The position numbers and the translations under genes are program-made. Below, one piece after another: positions 19,562-29,026 of a DNA stretch of 64,000 bases (position 1 is its first letter; the number at the start of each line of letters is the position of its first letter). This DNA comes from a virus. Lineage: Duplodnaviria; Caudoviricetes. The notes beneath the pieces were generated by a model, which made no database searches, had not been told where the DNA came from, and saw only the letters and a list, made by a program, of their open reading frames with translations. The stretch is taken from IMG/VR virus record IMGVR_UViG_3300028886_000041; one strand, 5' to 3'.

Positions 19562-20296
19562 TTAATTAACTATTTTTCCAAATTTATCAAATTGTTTAAA
19601 TTCTACTGTTGAATATCTTGGAACAGGTGTAATATATTGTGCACAATCATACCTATTTACATATTGAGTATATTTAGTTTTGTTTCTAACAGTGAGCAAA
19701 TTGCTGGTATTTGAAAATATTGTATGATTATAATCATTAGGTATTCTGTCTATTGTCACATCTTTTGCAAATGTTTGAATAAGACATCTATTGAAATAAT
19801 ATGGTTGATTGGATAATAAATTTATTTCATGTGTTGATATTTCTGGTTTATTTAGTAAAGAATGTGGGAAACTAGATATAGATTGCTCTAAAGCACAATA
19901 CATTATTTCACTATAATTTAATTGCCTGCAAACATTTAAATTATTTGTAACATATTTACATGTGAATACACCATCTATTTTTCTTTCATATTCATCTGAT
20001 TGAATTTCATCTTTTGCAGTTACATAAAACACTGGACTTATTATTACTGCATTTGGATATTTTTTAACAACATGTGATTTAAAAAGATATTTATAATCAC
20101 TAGCAGAAGCTAAATCTAAACAAAAATGAAAACCAGCTCTACAAACCCCTATTTTACCATCATATTTATTTTCACCCAACTGATATATTTGTTTATTTTT
20201 ATCAGGTTGGCAATATGGAAGCTTTGTTTTCTTATCTATACCATCAAATATTTTTATTCCCCGCAAAACTTCACCTGGTTTTAATTTAATTTCCAT
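19562..20296 (-). CDS. DUF7666-like paralog 6
   Basis: GIKIFDG...CRAGFHFC; NKTKYTQYVN..VPRYS. Confidence 0.75.
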   Translation of the reverse strand: MEIKLKPGEVLRGIKIFDGIDKKTKLPYCQPDKNKQIYQLGENKYDGKIGVCRAGFHFCLDLASASDYKYLFKSHVVKKYPNAVIISPVFYVTAKDEIQSDEYERKIDGVFTCKYVTNNLNVCRQLNYSEIMYCALEQSISSFPHSLLNKPEISTHEINLLSNQPYYFNRCLIQTFAKDVTIDRIPNDYNHTIFSNTSNLLTVRNKTKYTQYVNRYDCAQYITPVPRYSTVEFKQFDKFGKIVN

Positions 20297-20339
20297 GTTT
20301 TTCTTTCTGTTTAATTTTTAATTGTTTAATTATTTTATA

Positions 20340-20891
20340 TTAAAGTTCTTCAACGCATTCTTTAATTGTTTTTTTAATTGCTTCTTTTAATTCGGGAGTA
20401 ATTTCTTTTTCAATAAATTGACTCAAGGCTTCTTTCAAAGATGTTTCTAATTTTTCAGCATCAAATACTTGAGGCTGCATAGCATTCACTGATTCAATAA
20501 TTACTCCTAGAATTGTTTGTAATTGCTGTAAAGCTTCTCTATAAGATTTTGCTTTTGTTAAAATTTCAAAATGTGTATGAGTGTTATCTTCATTTATAAT
20601 TATAATTTCAGCGTTAAAAAAATGATAAGGAATATCAATAGACTCCAATTCTAGAACGTGAATCCAAAATATTTGATAGCGTTGATTATTAAATATCTTT
20701 TTACAATCTTTAAGATAAAATAATTTAGCACCTTCCACTCCTTTATATTCTTCCCGAATATTAAATAATACCGAATCCAAATCTTCTAATAATATTTTGA
20801 TATTTCCTTTATAACTTTTAAAAAGCGCTTGTTGTGCTGCATCAATTTGAGCGCTATTGATAAATTGCTTTTCAAATTTTTTATTATCCAT
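20340..20891 (-). CDS. hypothetical protein
   Basis: Operonic ORF. Confidence 0.65.
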   Translation of the reverse strand: MDNKKFEKQFINSAQIDAAQQALFKSYKGNIKILLEDLDSVLFNIREEYKGVEGAKLFYLKDCKKIFNNQRYQIFWIHVLELESIDIPYHFFNAEIIIINEDNTHTHFEILTKAKSYREALQQLQTILGVIIESVNAMQPQVFDAEKLETSLKEALSQFIEKEITPELKEAIKKTIKECVEEL

Positions 20892-20903
20892 GTTTATATT
20901 ATT

Positions 20904-21530
20904 CTATTCAGTTTTGCCGTCTCTTAAAATTGTTTTGCAAAGCGATTCGATCACAGATTTATACGTCATATCGTCAGCTTCTAACATTTGAAATTCATCT
21001 TCTAAATCTAAGTACCCCAAAATTCTCCTTAGAATTTCGCACGTTTGTATTTGATTTGATTTCCATCCTCTGAATCGTCCATCGTCTTCAAAAAGATAGT
21101 CAAATATTTCTTTCCAATTAGTTATTTCTTTGCTTTTAATTTTTTTAAATAAAATGTTTCGAATATCTTCTAAACTTTGCTGTTTATTCCACTGCTTAAT
21201 AGCTTCTTCTATGGTATCAAAAATCGGTGTATTTTCAGAAATCAAAACAATACCATCGTACTCTTCCCCCGGATCACAATCCTCTCCGCCGGCGAGAAAA
21301 CTAGCCGGGCAATGACAAAAATATTTGCCGGCTTTAGTTATATGTATCTGAGGATATGCTCCACAATCTAAACATGTATAAACAGGAACGCCCATCATAC
21401 TTCTAATATAATAGAATGGATATTCAATATCATCATAAGCTGTAGCCAACATAGATGATTTAGGATCAAAATACACAGTTTGATTACCATGTTTAGACGC
21501 TATCCAATTTTTCTGAGGTTTTAGTAACAT
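20904..21530 (-). CDS. zinc-ribbon protein, Lar (restriction alleviation)-like motif
   Basis: CLDCGAYP...CHC...FDTIEEAIKQWN; paralog of 42283..42963. Confidence 0.55.
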   Translation of the reverse strand: MLLKPQKNWIASKHGNQTVYFDPKSSMLATAYDDIEYPFYYIRSMMGVPVYTCLDCGAYPQIHITKAGKYFCHCPASFLAGGEDCDPGEEYDGIVLISENTPIFDTIEEAIKQWNKQQSLEDIRNILFKKIKSKEITNWKEIFDYLFEDDGRFRGWKSNQIQTCEILRRILGYLDLEDEFQMLEADDMTYKSVIESLCKTILRDGKTE

Positions 21531-21604
21531 AAAATTTCTTTCTTAATTTTGTAAAATTATCGCATATTTTTTGAAAAAGTAAATAAAAATTTTAAATTTA
21601 TTTT

Positions 21605-22354
21605 TCAATTTCCGTTTCTATCAAATTTATTGGCTTCAAATATTATTGTTGAATGTCTTGGTATTGGTGTTATTACCTGATCCTGATCAAATAATGAGAT
21701 TCTATTAACATATTGTGTATATTTACTTTTATTTACTACTTTAAATGAAGTTGTAACCCGCGAAAATATTGTTTGATTTTTTCCACCAGACTTACAAGCA
21801 TCACCTTCGATAATTAATACACAGTCATCACAATATATTTGAAATAATTTATTATTATGACAATTATTTAAATTTATAATATTATATTCATTTTTAAGTA
21901 AAATAGATTCAAGATCCTTCGATGCATAACAATTATGACTTATATGAGCTTCTATAATATCATTATTACATATTTTCGATATAAGTTGTAGTTTATTAGT
22001 AACTAATTTATTTGTGGGATATGATTGATGTATAAAAATATCACCATAAGCTCTTACTATATATACGGGATTTAATATTGAAGCTTTTGGATATTTTTCG
22101 CTTATACCGAAAAATGGTTTATAATATCTAGCACTATTCAAATCTAAACTAAAATGAAATCCGTTACGACAAAGTAATATTTGTCCGTTGCATTCGTTTA
22201 CTTTTTCTTTTGAATAAATATACTTTACATCTTCTTCAGGGCAACAATATGGATTTCCAGTTTCTTTATCTACACCATCAAATATTTTAACACCTTCAAT
22301 AAATTCTTTAATTGAATATTGATCATTTATATAATTTTGTGTTTTAATGTTCAT
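21605..22354 (-). CDS. DUF7666-like paralog 7
   Basis: GVKIFDG...LCRNGFHFS; NKSKYTQYVN..IPRHS. Confidence 0.75.
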   Translation of the reverse strand: MNIKTQNYINDQYSIKEFIEGVKIFDGVDKETGNPYCCPEEDVKYIYSKEKVNECNGQILLCRNGFHFSLDLNSARYYKPFFGISEKYPKASILNPVYIVRAYGDIFIHQSYPTNKLVTNKLQLISKICNNDIIEAHISHNCYASKDLESILLKNEYNIINLNNCHNNKLFQIYCDDCVLIIEGDACKSGGKNQTIFSRVTTSFKVVNKSKYTQYVNRISLFDQDQVITPIPRHSTIIFEANKFDRNGN

Positions 22355-22395
22355 GTTTTTAATTTTTTATGATATATTTTAAAGAAGAGTTAAAA

Positions 22396-23076
22396 CTAAA
22401 TATATCCTAAAATTTTAAGTATTGCTTCAGTTTGTAATTTTCTTAATTGTCTATCCGGAATATCTTCTCTTAATTGTTCTCTTCTTTCCATAAGAAGTTC
22501 ACCCAATTTATTTTGACCTTTTAAATAATGATATGCTGGATGATTATCTTTTTCTAAATCAAAGCTACAACCCCAATATTCATCTCCCCACCAATTCAAT
22601 TCGACAAGTTTTTTGTTTCCTGTTTTGATGAGTTTCATGCAAAGATAAGGATTTCGTTGCCAATCAAACTTTGCTTGAATACAAAGCTCCATTATATCTA
22701 ATTTAACATCATCCCAATCTTTTCTAAGATCTAAAAGTCTTCCTTGTTTTTTAGCCTCTTCTGGCTTATAATTGCTAAATTTTTCGCATAATTCACTTAA
22801 TGATTTTTTATTGGCTACTTTATCTAACCACAAAGAAGATTTAGAAACTTGATATGCAGCTTCTACATTATCATAATAAGGATGACTAAAATTTTCAAAT
22901 GCACTCAAATCTATTATATGAGCAGGACAAAATCTTCCTTGAAAATGCGTTTGATAAAAATTAGACAACCAATAATAATCACCAAAAAATCCCGCAATAT
23001 TTTCATCGTTATGAATTGAATATTGTGGAATTAAATCTTTGTAATTCGGATCATCGTTATATAATATATCATTCAT
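22396..23076 (-). CDS. NADAR (YbiA-like) ADP-ribose/N-glycosidase family protein
   Basis: WLSNFY, VEAAYQ.SK, AKKQGR, RKDWDDVK, AKF, TGNKKLVE.N.WGD.YWG, GQNKLGELLM. Confidence 0.9.
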   Translation of the reverse strand: MNDILYNDDPNYKDLIPQYSIHNDENIAGFFGDYYWLSNFYQTHFQGRFCPAHIIDLSAFENFSHPYYDNVEAAYQVSKSSLWLDKVANKKSLSELCEKFSNYKPEEAKKQGRLLDLRKDWDDVKLDIMELCIQAKFDWQRNPYLCMKLIKTGNKKLVELNWWGDEYWGCSFDLEKDNHPAYHYLKGQNKLGELLMERREQLREDIPDRQLRKLQTEAILKILGYI

Positions 23077-23079
23077 AAT

Positions 23080-23319
23080 TTAATGCATTCTGCTTAAAAG
23101 ATCTTGTTCATGTTCCTGTACTATGTCATAAATAAAGTCATCTAAAAATTTCTTGAGATTAGAATTACTCTGCATAACACTTTTGAAAATATATGACCCA
23201 GCCGATGCAAATTCATATTTTTCAATACCATATTTTTTAATAATTTCATCAAAAGTTATAGCTAATTCATCAGCTATTTTTTCGTCAACTAATTCAGCAT
23301 TTAAGTAATCATATTCCAT
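23080..23319 (-). CDS. hypothetical protein
   Basis: Operonic ORF. Confidence 0.6.
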   Translation of the reverse strand: MEYDYLNAELVDEKIADELAITFDEIIKKYGIEKYEFASAGSYIFKSVMQSNSNLKKFLDDFIYDIVQEHEQDLLSRMH

Positions 23320-23323
23320 ATAT

Positions 23324-23563
23324 TTACAAATACATTAGTTCTAATTCTCGAATTTCATCTTCTGATATTATTTTTTCAGATTTAAATTTTTCCCAATCTA
23401 ATTTCAATTTAGCGAATTTTTTTATTTGAGGATTTGGTATGTTATTTAAAGATTCAAAATCATTATTTCTAATCCAATAATCTATTTGATTAACAAAAAC
23501 AAGCGGAACTTTATTTCGGCTTAGTTTGTTGAGTAAAATAATATGATAAGGTTGATGATTCAT
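23324..23563 (-). CDS. hypothetical protein
   Basis: Variant promoter motif upstream. Confidence 0.6.
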   Translation of the reverse strand: MNHQPYHIILLNKLSRNKVPLVFVNQIDYWIRNNDFESLNNIPNPQIKKFAKLKLDWEKFKSEKIISEDEIRELELMYL

Positions 23564-23598
23564 TTTTATTAAAAGTATAATGGGGAGTTAAATTTAAT

Positions 23599-24051
23599 TT
23601 AAATTTTGCTGCCCCAATATTCGTTACAAGTTGCTTTGATATAGTCAATAAATCTTTCTCTAAAAACGCTTATCAAAACATCACAACAATCAAAATCATC
23701 AAGCTCATCTTCTTCTGAATCAAGATAAGTATTATGATAATTTTGATAAAATCGAGAATTAAGACATTTTACAAACTCATCTAATTTATTCTCCCATTTA
23801 AAAATTGCTAAATTTACATTTCTATCGAAATCTTCTCTATCTTTATTTTTTATTGCCAATACCATATTTTGAAAAATTTCATTTGATATTGGTTCGAAAA
23901 TACCAGAATTTATTTCTGCGTGTTTTAAATCAAATTCGGTTGCTTGATAATAATAGGAAGTTATTAAAAATTCGCTACGCAAATTATGATAAGCATCCAT
24001 TGCAAGATATTCATCGTACCCCAACAAACAATGATAATTTGTTTCTTGCAT
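23599..24051 (-). CDS. hypothetical protein
   Basis: Operonic ORF. Confidence 0.65.
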   Translation of the reverse strand: MQETNYHCLLGYDEYLAMDAYHNLRSEFLITSYYYQATEFDLKHAEINSGIFEPISNEIFQNMVLAIKNKDREDFDRNVNLAIFKWENKLDEFVKCLNSRFYQNYHNTYLDSEEDELDDFDCCDVLISVFRERFIDYIKATCNEYWGSKI

Positions 24052-24054
24052 AAT

Positions 24055-24378
24055 TTAAATATTTTTAAAATCCGCCAAAGTATTAAAAAATGCTATTTTA
24101 GTCCCATTATAAGACTCGCCAACTGCTATAGGGTCGGGCTTAAAATCCTCATCAGTGAAAAACTCATAAATATTACATTCAATAAGCCATCGATTATCGC
24201 CAAACGTAGGAATTTCATAAGAAGCTAAAAATTCAACCATATAGTCTTTTAATTCTTCTGAAATTTTTGATCCTTCTATTACAATCCCCTCCTGATACTC
24301 TGGAAGTTCATAATATTTTATATCAGGCTTATTGTTCCACCAATTTTCGAAATCCTGTTTTATTTTTTCGTAATTCAT
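24055..24378 (-). CDS. hypothetical protein
   Basis: Operonic ORF. Confidence 0.65.
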   Translation of the reverse strand: MNYEKIKQDFENWWNNKPDIKYYELPEYQEGIVIEGSKISEELKDYMVEFLASYEIPTFGDNRWLIECNIYEFFTDEDFKPDPIAVGESYNGTKIAFFNTLADFKNI

Positions 24379-24420
24379 TTTTGATTCAATCTTTCATCTA
24401 ATTCTTTTTCCAACTTTTAT

Positions 24421-24651
24421 TTAATTTAAATGAGAGTTATTTTTTAGAGATTCTATTTGTTCATCAGTTAAAAACAAAAATCCGTCTTTGCGTTTGTTAT
24501 TTGCAAATTGATTTTGCATTTCTATGACTGCCTGTTCCAAAGATTTATTCCCATCTTTAACCCAAATTTCTAAATATACTTTATTTTTGTCAGTGACAGT
24601 TACTTTAGCGATATCAGACTTAGTTAACGATCTTTTTCTTTTGATACTCAT
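24421..24651 (-). CDS. hypothetical protein
   Basis: Start MSIKRK. Confidence 0.55.
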   Translation of the reverse strand: MSIKRKRSLTKSDIAKVTVTDKNKVYLEIWVKDGNKSLEQAVIEMQNQFANNKRKDGFLFLTDEQIESLKNNSHLN

Positions 24652-25510
24652 AAGGCGTCGCATCTAATTTTTTAAGATACTCGTCACATTCTTTAAACAA
24701 AGCTCCACAAGACCTTGTATCAGAAACCTTATCAAACAAGAATTTTTTGTCATGCATAAACCTTAAAAGCCCAATAATAACTTCTTCCTGTTTATTAACC
24801 CTTTCAGTTAAAGTTTCAATCGTCTCTCTTTCTTTAACATAAGAAGGTTCGCATTCAGAAACACACTCTTCATTATGTTTAATTTGTTGAAGAAACTTAT
24901 TTACACTTACGCACGACTTTCGCCAATCAATTCCTTCCATAGAAGAAATACGTCCCAAAAATAGCGGAAGATTATTAGAATTTACAACTAACCACCATTC
25001 TTTTAAAATTTTATTTATTTTTGGTTTTTTATCAAAGCCCCATGTTTTCCCATCTGAATCAATAGCTATCCATTTAATCCATTCTGGGAATTTTGAATCT
25101 ATACACAATTCAGCTACCGCCTTACAAATAGCATTTATTTCGGCTTCACCCGCTTCCGTATCTTGTTGCTCATCTAAACTTTTAATGAATTCTTCAGCTT
25201 TTTTTATAGCTACTAATTTTATATTATTGTTAGATGATTCATCTTTAAATTCTTGACTTAGAATAATAGTTTGACCCATATAATCAAATTCCACCATATA
25301 ATTATCCTCAAAAGTCCTTATTAATATAAGAGCAGCAATAGGGTGTTCTTTAATATCAACTACAAAAGACTCGCCTTGTCCCATTTCAAAATTTTTAGCC
25401 TCAGCAAAATCTTTTAATCTATTGAAGTATTTTAAAAAACAATCTATAGTTAGAATCTTCTCGGTTTCGAAGATTTTTCTTAATTTATCTTTTTTTGTTT
25501 CGTATGTCAT
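24620..25510 (-). CDS. modular hypothetical protein (MTxx-type N-terminal domain plus WIAxDxxG..KP domain)
   Basis: N-terminus like 40428/48439 genes; WIAIDSDGKTWGFDKKP like 2688/39699 genes. Confidence 0.7.
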   Translation of the reverse strand: MTYETKKDKLRKIFETEKILTIDCFLKYFNRLKDFAEAKNFEMGQGESFVVDIKEHPIAALILIRTFEDNYMVEFDYMGQTIILSQEFKDESSNNNIKLVAIKKAEEFIKSLDEQQDTEAGEAEINAICKAVAELCIDSKFPEWIKWIAIDSDGKTWGFDKKPKINKILKEWWLVVNSNNLPLFLGRISSMEGIDWRKSCVSVNKFLQQIKHNEECVSECEPSYVKERETIETLTERVNKQEEVIIGLLRFMHDKKFLFDKVSDTRSCGALFKECDEYLKKLDATPYEYQKKKIVN

Positions 25511-25511
25511 T

Positions 25512-26111
25512 TTAGTTTTTCCTTTCCATAGATTTTAAATTTATTTTAAATGTTTTTTCAAGTAATTTCCTTTTTATATTATATTTCAAAAGCATTTCTT
25601 TATAATCATCTTTTAAAATTTTTTCACAAATCTCTTTAATAAATTTTTGTTGCTCGGTTTCTTTAAAATAAACTTGCCAAGGAATTTCAGGATAAATTTT
25701 GTATGACCACTTGTTATTAATTTTTCCTTCAAACTTATCTGAATTAAATAAACTATAAGTCCAATCTAATTTTATAAAAACTGGATTAAACTTGCTGCGA
25801 TCTTCAATATATAAATCAGGATATAATAAAGCTTTTTCCTTTTCTAAATTATATATTCTATTAAAATGTTCTTTAATAATATTTTCAGGTTTAAAAGCAT
25901 CTTCTGGCAAATTAAAAACTTTTTTAAATTTTAAAAAACTTTGATGAGTTTTAGGGCGAAAACGAAATTCATAAGTTGTAAATTCCGTATTCATTAAAAA
26001 TTTACAAGACCTTGTAATAACAATCTCTGAACTAAATTCTACTAATTTAGTAAGAGTTTTGTCATCAGGGTTAAATTTTTTGCATGATTCAATCAGGGTT
26101 TCAAACTTCAT
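25512..26111 (-). CDS. hypothetical protein
   Basis: Preceded by the duplicated promoter cassette. Confidence 0.7.
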   Translation of the reverse strand: MKFETLIESCKKFNPDDKTLTKLVEFSSEIVITRSCKFLMNTEFTTYEFRFRPKTHQSFLKFKKVFNLPEDAFKPENIIKEHFNRIYNLEKEKALLYPDLYIEDRSKFNPVFIKLDWTYSLFNSDKFEGKINNKWSYKIYPEIPWQVYFKETEQQKFIKEICEKILKDDYKEMLLKYNIKRKLLEKTFKINLKSMERKN

Positions 26112-26188
26112 TTTTTATTCCTTTCTATGTTTATGTTTAATTTGTAAGAATATTATAAATAAGAGTTATTTTTAATATATTGTTTGTA

Positions 26189-26947
26189 TTATTTTAAAAT
26201 AGAGTTACTTTTATCGTCCAAGTCGTATGTAATTCGAAACACTGAATATCCCGATTCGTTGCTATCGAATCTTACTTCAGATTTTCGGGGAACAGCTGTT
26301 ATTGTTTGTATTTTATGGTCGTATCTATTGACGTATTGGGTATATTTACTTTTATTGATAATTTCTAATGCTGTGTTAATCGGTGAAAATATAGTAGAAT
26401 TATTTGTTTTTTGATTATCTATTTCAATAGAACAACTTTTACAGCGTTGGAAAAATAAATCAAAATTTTGCCAGATACTAGCATTAACATCATACCCACG
26501 ATAAACAGAGAGTTCGTTATTACTTTTAATTATTTGATTATACGAAAGCCAACTATAATTTCTATCGACAAATTCATCAATTACCGCAACGTTTGACCAT
26601 AGACTATGAATATATAATTCATCAGTAACTAATTTTAATTTAGGTTCTAATTGAGCAATACAATTTTTATAGCCATAAGATGTAACGCAAGCAACCGGAG
26701 CAATTATAAATCCACTATGATGTTTTTTGTATTGTTTGAATAACTCTTTATATGTACTAGCGGATTCCATATCTAAACAGAAATGAAACCCTGATTCACA
26801 CATTTTTATTTTTCCATTAAACGTATTCGATCCTGTTTTATAAAAATATTTTTTATATCTCGGTTTACAGAATAGTTTACCGTTTTCAATACCATCAAAT
26901 ATTTTTACACCAGAAATCCGTTCATCTCCTATATGTATTACATTCAT
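26189..26947 (-). CDS. DUF7666-like paralog 8
   Basis: GVKIFDG...MCESGFHFC; NKSKYTQYVN..VPRKS. Confidence 0.75.
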   Translation of the reverse strand: MNVIHIGDERISGVKIFDGIENGKLFCKPRYKKYFYKTGSNTFNGKIKMCESGFHFCLDMESASTYKELFKQYKKHHSGFIIAPVACVTSYGYKNCIAQLEPKLKLVTDELYIHSLWSNVAVIDEFVDRNYSWLSYNQIIKSNNELSVYRGYDVNASIWQNFDLFFQRCKSCSIEIDNQKTNNSTIFSPINTALEIINKSKYTQYVNRYDHKIQTITAVPRKSEVRFDSNESGYSVFRITYDLDDKSNSILK

Positions 26948-27123
26948 TACTTTTTAATTCTTTCTGCGATTAACAATAATATTACTCCGATAGTAATAGG
27001 TATCCAGGTGGGAGCTAATACCCACCACCAACCCCAATTAATAACATTGCATAATTTTAAAATAATGAATGTTAATGTAAGTAAATCACAGAAACCTACT
27101 GAAATGAATGATTTTTTATCCAT
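26947..27123 (-). CDS. small membrane protein, paralog of 18524..18742 (58 aa, not in ORF track)
   Basis: MDKKSFISVGFCDLLTLTFIILKLCNVINWGWWWVLAPTWIP...; TAATG coupling to the next gene. Confidence 0.75.
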   Translation of the reverse strand: MDKKSFISVGFCDLLTLTFIILKLCNVINWGWWWVLAPTWIPITIGVILLLIAERIKK

Positions 27124-27148
27124 GTGTTTATTTTAATTGAGAGTTAAA

Positions 27149-29023
27149 TTATTTTTCATCATCAACAATCTCAACATCCGGTGAATTATTATTTGTTGAG
27201 TTGTTTTGAGTGTTGTTTGTATTTTGATATACTACTTCTCCAATTTTTGATAATTTCTTATTTAATTCTTCGATAGCATTATTTAATTTATCAACATCTT
27301 CATTTTCAGCTTTTACTTTATCAATTGCTGTTTTAATTTCATCGATTAATTCTTGTGAAAGCTTATCTTTATGTTCATTAATTGATTTTTCAGCCATGAA
27401 TACTATTTGATCAGCTTTATTTTTTGCTTCAGCTAATTCTTTGAATTTTTTATCATTATCAGCATTTAATTCAGCATCAGCTTTCATCTTTTCAATTTCT
27501 TCTTTTGAAAGATTTGAACTGTTGGAAATAGTAATAGATTGTTCTTTATTAGTAGCTTTATCGGTAGCAGTTACTTTCAGAATAGAATCAGCATCCATTT
27601 CTAATTTTACTTCGATCTGTGGAATACCTCTAGGTGCTGGTGCTATACCTTCGAGATTAAAACTACCTAACAATTTATTATCACTAAATCTCGCTCTTCC
27701 ACCGGTTGCTACTTGAATTGTGACAGCTGTTTGGTTATCAGCAAATGTAGTGAATATCTGCGATTTACTACATGGAATAGTAGTATTTTTTTCTATAAGT
27801 GTAGTAAATACATTCTGAGAAGTACAAATACCTACATCTAATGGTGTAACATCTAATAGAAGAATATCAGTAGGTCCTTCACCGGAAAGAATACCGCCTT
27901 GAATAGACGCACCCGCAGATACACATTCATCAGGGTTAATACCTTGACATGGCTGTTTATTTGTAAGTTTCTTAGCCAATTCAATCATCGCCGGCATACG
28001 AGTTGAACCACCAACTAACACTAACTTATCAATCTTATCAATACTAATATTAGCATCTTCAACCGCTTTATTAAATAGTGGTACGAGCTTATTAAGGAGA
28101 TGTTCGGTCATCTGTTCAAACTTAGATCTAGTAAGTGTTTTGTTTAGATGTTTAGGACCGGTAGAATCAGCAGTAATAAACGGAAGATTAATATCAATAC
28201 TCATCGAAGATGATAGAGCGATTTTTGCTTTTTCTGCTTCTTCTTTAAGCCTTTGAATAGCCAAAGCATCACTACTTAAATCGATATTTGTTTCTGTTTT
28301 AAAACCAGAAACCAACCAATCAATAATAGCTTGATCCCAATCTGAACCACCAAGATTAACATCACCATTAGTTGATTTAACTTCAAATACGCCATCACCA
28401 AGTTCGAGGATAGAAAAGTCTGTTGTACCGCAGCCGCAATCTACTACTGCTATAACTTCATCATTATCTTTATTTAATCCATAAGCAAGCGATGCAGCTG
28501 TTGGTTCTGCAACTGTTCGTAAAACATTTAATCCCGCAATTGTACCAGCATCTTTAGTTGCTTGTCTCTGCGCAGAATTGAAATATGCAGGAACTGTAAT
28601 AACAGCATCCTTAACTGTATAACCCAATCTTGCTTCTGCATCGGTTTTAAGTTTTTGCAAAATCATGGAAGAAATTTGTTCAGGAGTATAATGTTTTTCT
28701 TCTCCTTTAAACTCAACTACAATTTCACATCCCCCATTACTACTTTCAATAACTTTATAAGGAAGAGTTTTAATATAATCAGAAACATCTTTATATGTTT
28801 GACCCATCAAACGCTTCACATTATATATTGTATTTTTTGCATTGGTAATAGCTTGTCTCTTTGCAGCTTCACCTACTAATATCTCTCCAGATTTAGTAAA
28901 TCCTACAATTGAAGGAGTAGTACGCTTACCTTCTGCATTTTCCAATATAACAGGATCATTGCCTTCTAAAATAGAAACACAACTATTGCCTGTACCTAAA
29001 TCGATACCAATAACTTTTGACAT
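27149..29023 (-). CDS. dnaK: Hsp70 chaperone DnaK
   Basis: VIGIDLGT.NS, AVITVPAYF, EPTAA, LVGGSTRMP, LLDVTPL, PAPRGIPQIEV. Confidence 0.97.
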   Translation of the reverse strand: MSKVIGIDLGTGNSCVSILEGNDPVILENAEGKRTTPSIVGFTKSGEILVGEAAKRQAITNAKNTIYNVKRLMGQTYKDVSDYIKTLPYKVIESSNGGCEIVVEFKGEEKHYTPEQISSMILQKLKTDAEARLGYTVKDAVITVPAYFNSAQRQATKDAGTIAGLNVLRTVAEPTAASLAYGLNKDNDEVIAVVDCGCGTTDFSILELGDGVFEVKSTNGDVNLGGSDWDQAIIDWLVSGFKTETNIDLSSDALAIQRLKEEAEKAKIALSSSMSIDINLPFITADSTGPKHLNKTLTRSKFEQMTEHLLNKLVPLFNKAVEDANISIDKIDKLVLVGGSTRMPAMIELAKKLTNKQPCQGINPDECVSAGASIQGGILSGEGPTDILLLDVTPLDVGICTSQNVFTTLIEKNTTIPCSKSQIFTTFADNQTAVTIQVATGGRARFSDNKLLGSFNLEGIAPAPRGIPQIEVKLEMDADSILKVTATDKATNKEQSITISNSSNLSKEEIEKMKADAELNADNDKKFKELAEAKNKADQIVFMAEKSINEHKDKLSQELIDEIKTAIDKVKAENEDVDKLNNAIEELNKKLSKIGEVVYQNTNNTQNNSTNNNSPDVEIVDDEK

Positions 29024-29026
29024 AAA

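Noticed and set aside
884-26947. Diversity-generating retroelement behind the paralog diversity
   Set aside because: No reverse transcriptase and no template/variable repeat pair with adenine-specific differences seen in the window.
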